DNA from: an uncultured Acidobacteriota bacterium
GTDB taxonomy: Bacteria; Acidobacteriota; UBA6911
Direction of reading: 5' to 3'
Assembly (NCBI GenBank): GCA_963843575.1
Contig: CAWJKZ010000017.1
Span: 260,734-324,733, forward strand
DNA: 64,000 nt
Made by a program: the position numbers and the translations under genes. Under the pieces are notes generated by a model that was not told the origin of the DNA, searched no databases, and saw nothing but the letters and a program-made list of their open reading frames with translations. How positions within the stretch are numbered: position 1 is the first letter of the stretch; each line of letters starts with the position of its first letter. Below, piece by piece: positions 61,021 through 64,000 of the stretch.

Positions 61021-61629
61021 CTATTTGGACGGCGAAATCTGAATACCGAATTTCTCCCAGCGGCAGGGCAAGCAGAACAGTCCGTCCTCCGAGCAGATTC
61101 CGGAATCCTTCTTGGATGGCAGCATGAGCCAGCTTGTTGTCACGTCGAAGGCCTTGCCAGCCGCGTCATAGACCATGCCCCTCCAATACCAGACACTGGG
61201 GCACCCGTTCTGCCACACGCCATGTACATCGTCGTAAATAGTAGTGAGGGACACGTGTATGCGTCCTGTGCCCCCAAGCCAGATGTCGTCGGGGGCGTCT
61301 TCTGCAAAACATGCAGCGAATCCTGCCGCGCAGTACCAGAATTCTACATCGGCATCGATTGAATGTGTGAAGTCCTTACTGTTTCCTGGATTGAGCCGTT
61401 CAAAGTTGTTCTTGGTGTCAATCATGCCCGCCACGAGCACTTGGCCCGTCTCATCATCCCATTGCCCCCAAGCCCACTGACCCGGCTCCCATTCATAGAA
61501 ACAAACCCCCGGCTTGTCACAGGTCGGGGCGGGATATGATGCCCATTTGGGCCTCTGCTGCGCCAATGACAAGGCGGTAAACGACACGTAGACCGAAGCA
61601 ATCATCAGAAAGTATCTCATTCTGCGCAT
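61021..61629 (-). CDS. Secreted Cys/Trp-rich hypothetical protein
   Basis: GGAGG RBS, signal peptide (SLA-QQ), 8 Cys, own terminator. Confidence 0.75.
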   Translation of the reverse strand: MRRMRYFLMIASVYVSFTALSLAQQRPKWASYPAPTCDKPGVCFYEWEPGQWAWGQWDDETGQVLVAGMIDTKNNFERLNPGNSKDFTHSIDADVEFWYCAAGFAACFAEDAPDDIWLGGTGRIHVSLTTIYDDVHGVWQNGCPSVWYWRGMVYDAAGKAFDVTTSWLMLPSKKDSGICSEDGLFCLPCRWEKFGIQISPSK

Positions 61630-61844
61630 GATAATCCTCCATTGGTGTCAGATACCCGGGCTCGCTAACCTCATTTTGAAGTACTTCTGCCGGAACGGCC
61701 AATTTCGGTTGGGGAATTGCCCAGCCGAGCCGCCTAACGCGACAGACTGCTAGCAGGAGGGGACAGGGGAACAGACGCTGGCTTGAACGAGGTGCCGCGG
61801 GCAACGTGATGTGTGCTGGAACCCGTTCTCTCTTGTTTGAAACG

Positions 61845-61874
61845 ACCTTACGCCCGTTCGAAAACGGCTGTCAA
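61845..61874 (-). promoter_or_regulatory. Putative sigma70 promoter
   Basis: TTGACA-18 bp-TAAGGT on the minus strand upstream of 61629. Confidence 0.4.
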
Positions 61875-62048
61875 CGAGAACCTTAGTGGGTCCCAATGGT
61901 GCAATTGGGGCGATTCAGATCGAGGCTGCGGATGGGAGAGCCCTCACTACCCCGGGCCTGACCGAAACGAGTTTTGGTTTTGTTGAGGGGAACCACCCCC
62001 AGCCGCGCCAGCTACGGAGGGTGCCGCGAAGGCCGAACGCCAGTCGCC

Positions 62049-64000
62049 TCAGCCCCGCTTCTTCACCACGCTGATAGCTTTGAGGATGACGGCATTCTTC
62101 GGAATCACCGGCCCGTAGTCGCCGCCAAAGCCTTGTGACGCACCGCAAAAGCCGGTAGTCCCCTTTACGCGCACTTCCGTGATTCTCTTCCCGAGACGCG
62201 GGTTCTTCCATTCGATTGCATAGAATGTAATGGGATTGTCGCGCTTCCCTCCGAGAGGTACTGCGTCGGCGCCGTAGCAATAATCCCACTCCGAGCGGCG
62301 GCTCGCCCAATTCCACTCCTGGATATTGACACCGTATCGGAGGGGAATGGTTGTGACAAAACCGTCTTCGTAGATGACTTCATACCAGCCGAGGAGATCG
62401 GCGGTATCGTCCTGATCCCAGAGCAGTGCCCACCCCGGCCGGTTCGTCGGCCGGCCGCGCGGAAGCGTGCAGGAAGATCAGGCTGGTGGCGTCTTCGCCG
62501 ATGGGAATTGCACCGGAATCCTTCGGCAGCCCTGTCTTTTCCGCACCGTCGGTTCCGACAACGATCGCAACCCTCCCGGCATGCTCGGATAATTCGAACG
62601 GCACTTTACCGAGCGTGGTTGTGGCGCTCTCCATGCCGGCCAGGTTGATGCCTAAACCGGGTTCAGCCGGCCCCATATTGAAGGCCGCGGCGATGTGGAC
62701 CGGAACGATCGATGCCTCCGTTGCGCTCGGTGGTTCTTCGCCCCGGAACCGCGTTCGAATCTCCGGTACCATGGACTGGATCACGCCGGAAAGATCCGGG
62801 CCGTAGAGCGCATCGTCGCGCCAGAGCATATGCGCGCCGCCCAAAAAATCGGATAGCTGGTCTTTCCCGAAGCCGATTTCATTGGTCGCGAACCAGACCG
62901 AGGGCGCCCCGCCGATAATGGAGGAGCGCTTCATGCGGGACTGCCAGTTCTCCGCGTAGGGATGCAGGTTGCCGAAAACCTGCCGGAATCCCATTTGTCG
63001 AATTCGGCCTCAAAGCCTTCGACCTGATCCTGTTTCCAGCCCGTCGGTGAGGTCCCGTCTCCGGTATCGAACGTCGACCAGGCCCAATTGAAGATCAGCA
63101 CGTCTTTCGGGATGAGGCGGCCTACCTGCTCCGGAGTCATCCCACCCGCTACCTGATACGTGAACCCGTCCGGGGCCTTCCTGGTTTGCAGACCCTTGCC
63201 GCTTATGCCTTCCAGCAGCCTGTCGCCCCAAATGATCGTGGAGACCCCCTTCTTGGCCAGGTAATCGTGAATGATCCGGACATCCTCTCCAAACCGTTCA
63301 CCGATATCCTTATCTTTGCACCTGGGGCACAGTCCGACCGGCTGGAACACTTCGTCGTGCCCGGCATGGACCCATTTCGGCTTGAGCAGGTCGATGTACT
63401 CGTCAAATACGTCGAAGAGCAGTTTGTAGCTCGCGGGATTCGAAGGGCAGTACACGCCGGGCCACTTCGTGTCGGGTGTTTCCGACAGATCCGGGTGCGC
63501 GGTCATGAGGTAGTAGCAATGCGTAAAAGATGGCAGCTCCGGAATCAGCTCGATGTGATACCTCTTGATCCAGCGCGCCAGGTCAGCGACCTCTTCCTTC
63601 TCCAGGTAACCGCCATCGGCAGTGTCCTGGTGCGTGGAATTCGTGTCCCAATCGTGCGGCGTGCCGGGCGGAGAATGGCGGCGGGAGTAATTGGTATCCT
63701 GAGCGAATTTGACCCAGCCGGTGTTCAACTCGGGATGCCTGTCAAATCGCATGGACGCATTCATTTCCATGATGAGCGTGTTGTATTTGTATAAGGCCAT
63801 GAAATCCCGGATGAAGCGCTTGAAGAAAGGGATGTTATTGCGCCCGGGGATGTAGAGCTTGATGCCGCGAAACGGCTTGGCCGGCCAATCCCGCACGTTC
63901 ACCCCTTTGAAGCAGAGTCGATCCTTCTCGCTGCGAGCGAGCTGCCGCAGGGATTGCATCCCGTAAAAAGCTCCCCGGTGGTCGCTGCCGGCCACGAGCG
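62049..64000 (-). CDS. GH20-family beta-N-acetylhexosaminidase (N-terminus off window; several frameshifts)
   Basis: GAFYGMQSLRQL, VRDWP..FRG, YKYN, IPELPSFTH, VHAGHDE, IWGD; C-terminal WKNPRLGKRITEV...AISVVKKRG-stop at 62049. Confidence 0.88.

Noticed and set aside
61630-62048. Riboswitch or ncRNA in the long intergenic region
   Set aside because: No consensus of a known riboswitch class could be recognised by eye.

Overview
GC-rich bacterial DNA. Its gene content (Ser/Thr kinase-TPR, tricorn protease, DUF1080, secreted 'YFAHFAxGxGY' domain protein) suggests Acidobacteriota; this is inference. The flanks are ordinary accessory and catabolic genes. Left: GH42 beta-galactosidase, SSS symporter, a KdpDE-like pair with a KimA-like APC transporter, and an amidohydrolase. 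Right: DUF1080, VOC, M23-PKD, radical SAM, PilZ, CAAX protease, URO-D family, tricorn protease and GH20. Many flank genes are broken by single indels, probably long-read errors. The centre (about 11.4-41 kb) is a frameshift-free cluster rich in proteases and lipid enzymes. It encodes a transglutaminase-like/STAND NTPase/helical-repeat (NLR-like) protein, an LCAT-like lipase, an unknown His/Asp-rich protein and a 1488-aa cholesterol-oxidase-like GMC with duplicated barrel modules. It also encodes a signal-less M4-like gluzincin paired with an MBL hydrolase, a metacaspase and an 1805-aa lipase/pseudo-lipase/macro-like/CHAT/TPR protein. The cluster ends with two envelope proteins, a 991-aa beta-hairpin-rich orphan, and a receptor-like kinase coupled to a small secreted protein. 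This cluster is the best candidate for an undescribed caspase-driven conflict or programmed-cell-death system. Also present: a dispersed palindromic repeat family, REP-like hairpins, a 254-bp MITE-like element, and IS1634 and SNF2 remnants. No rRNA, tRNA or CRISPR array was seen. All domain calls come from motif recognition by eye, not from database searches.
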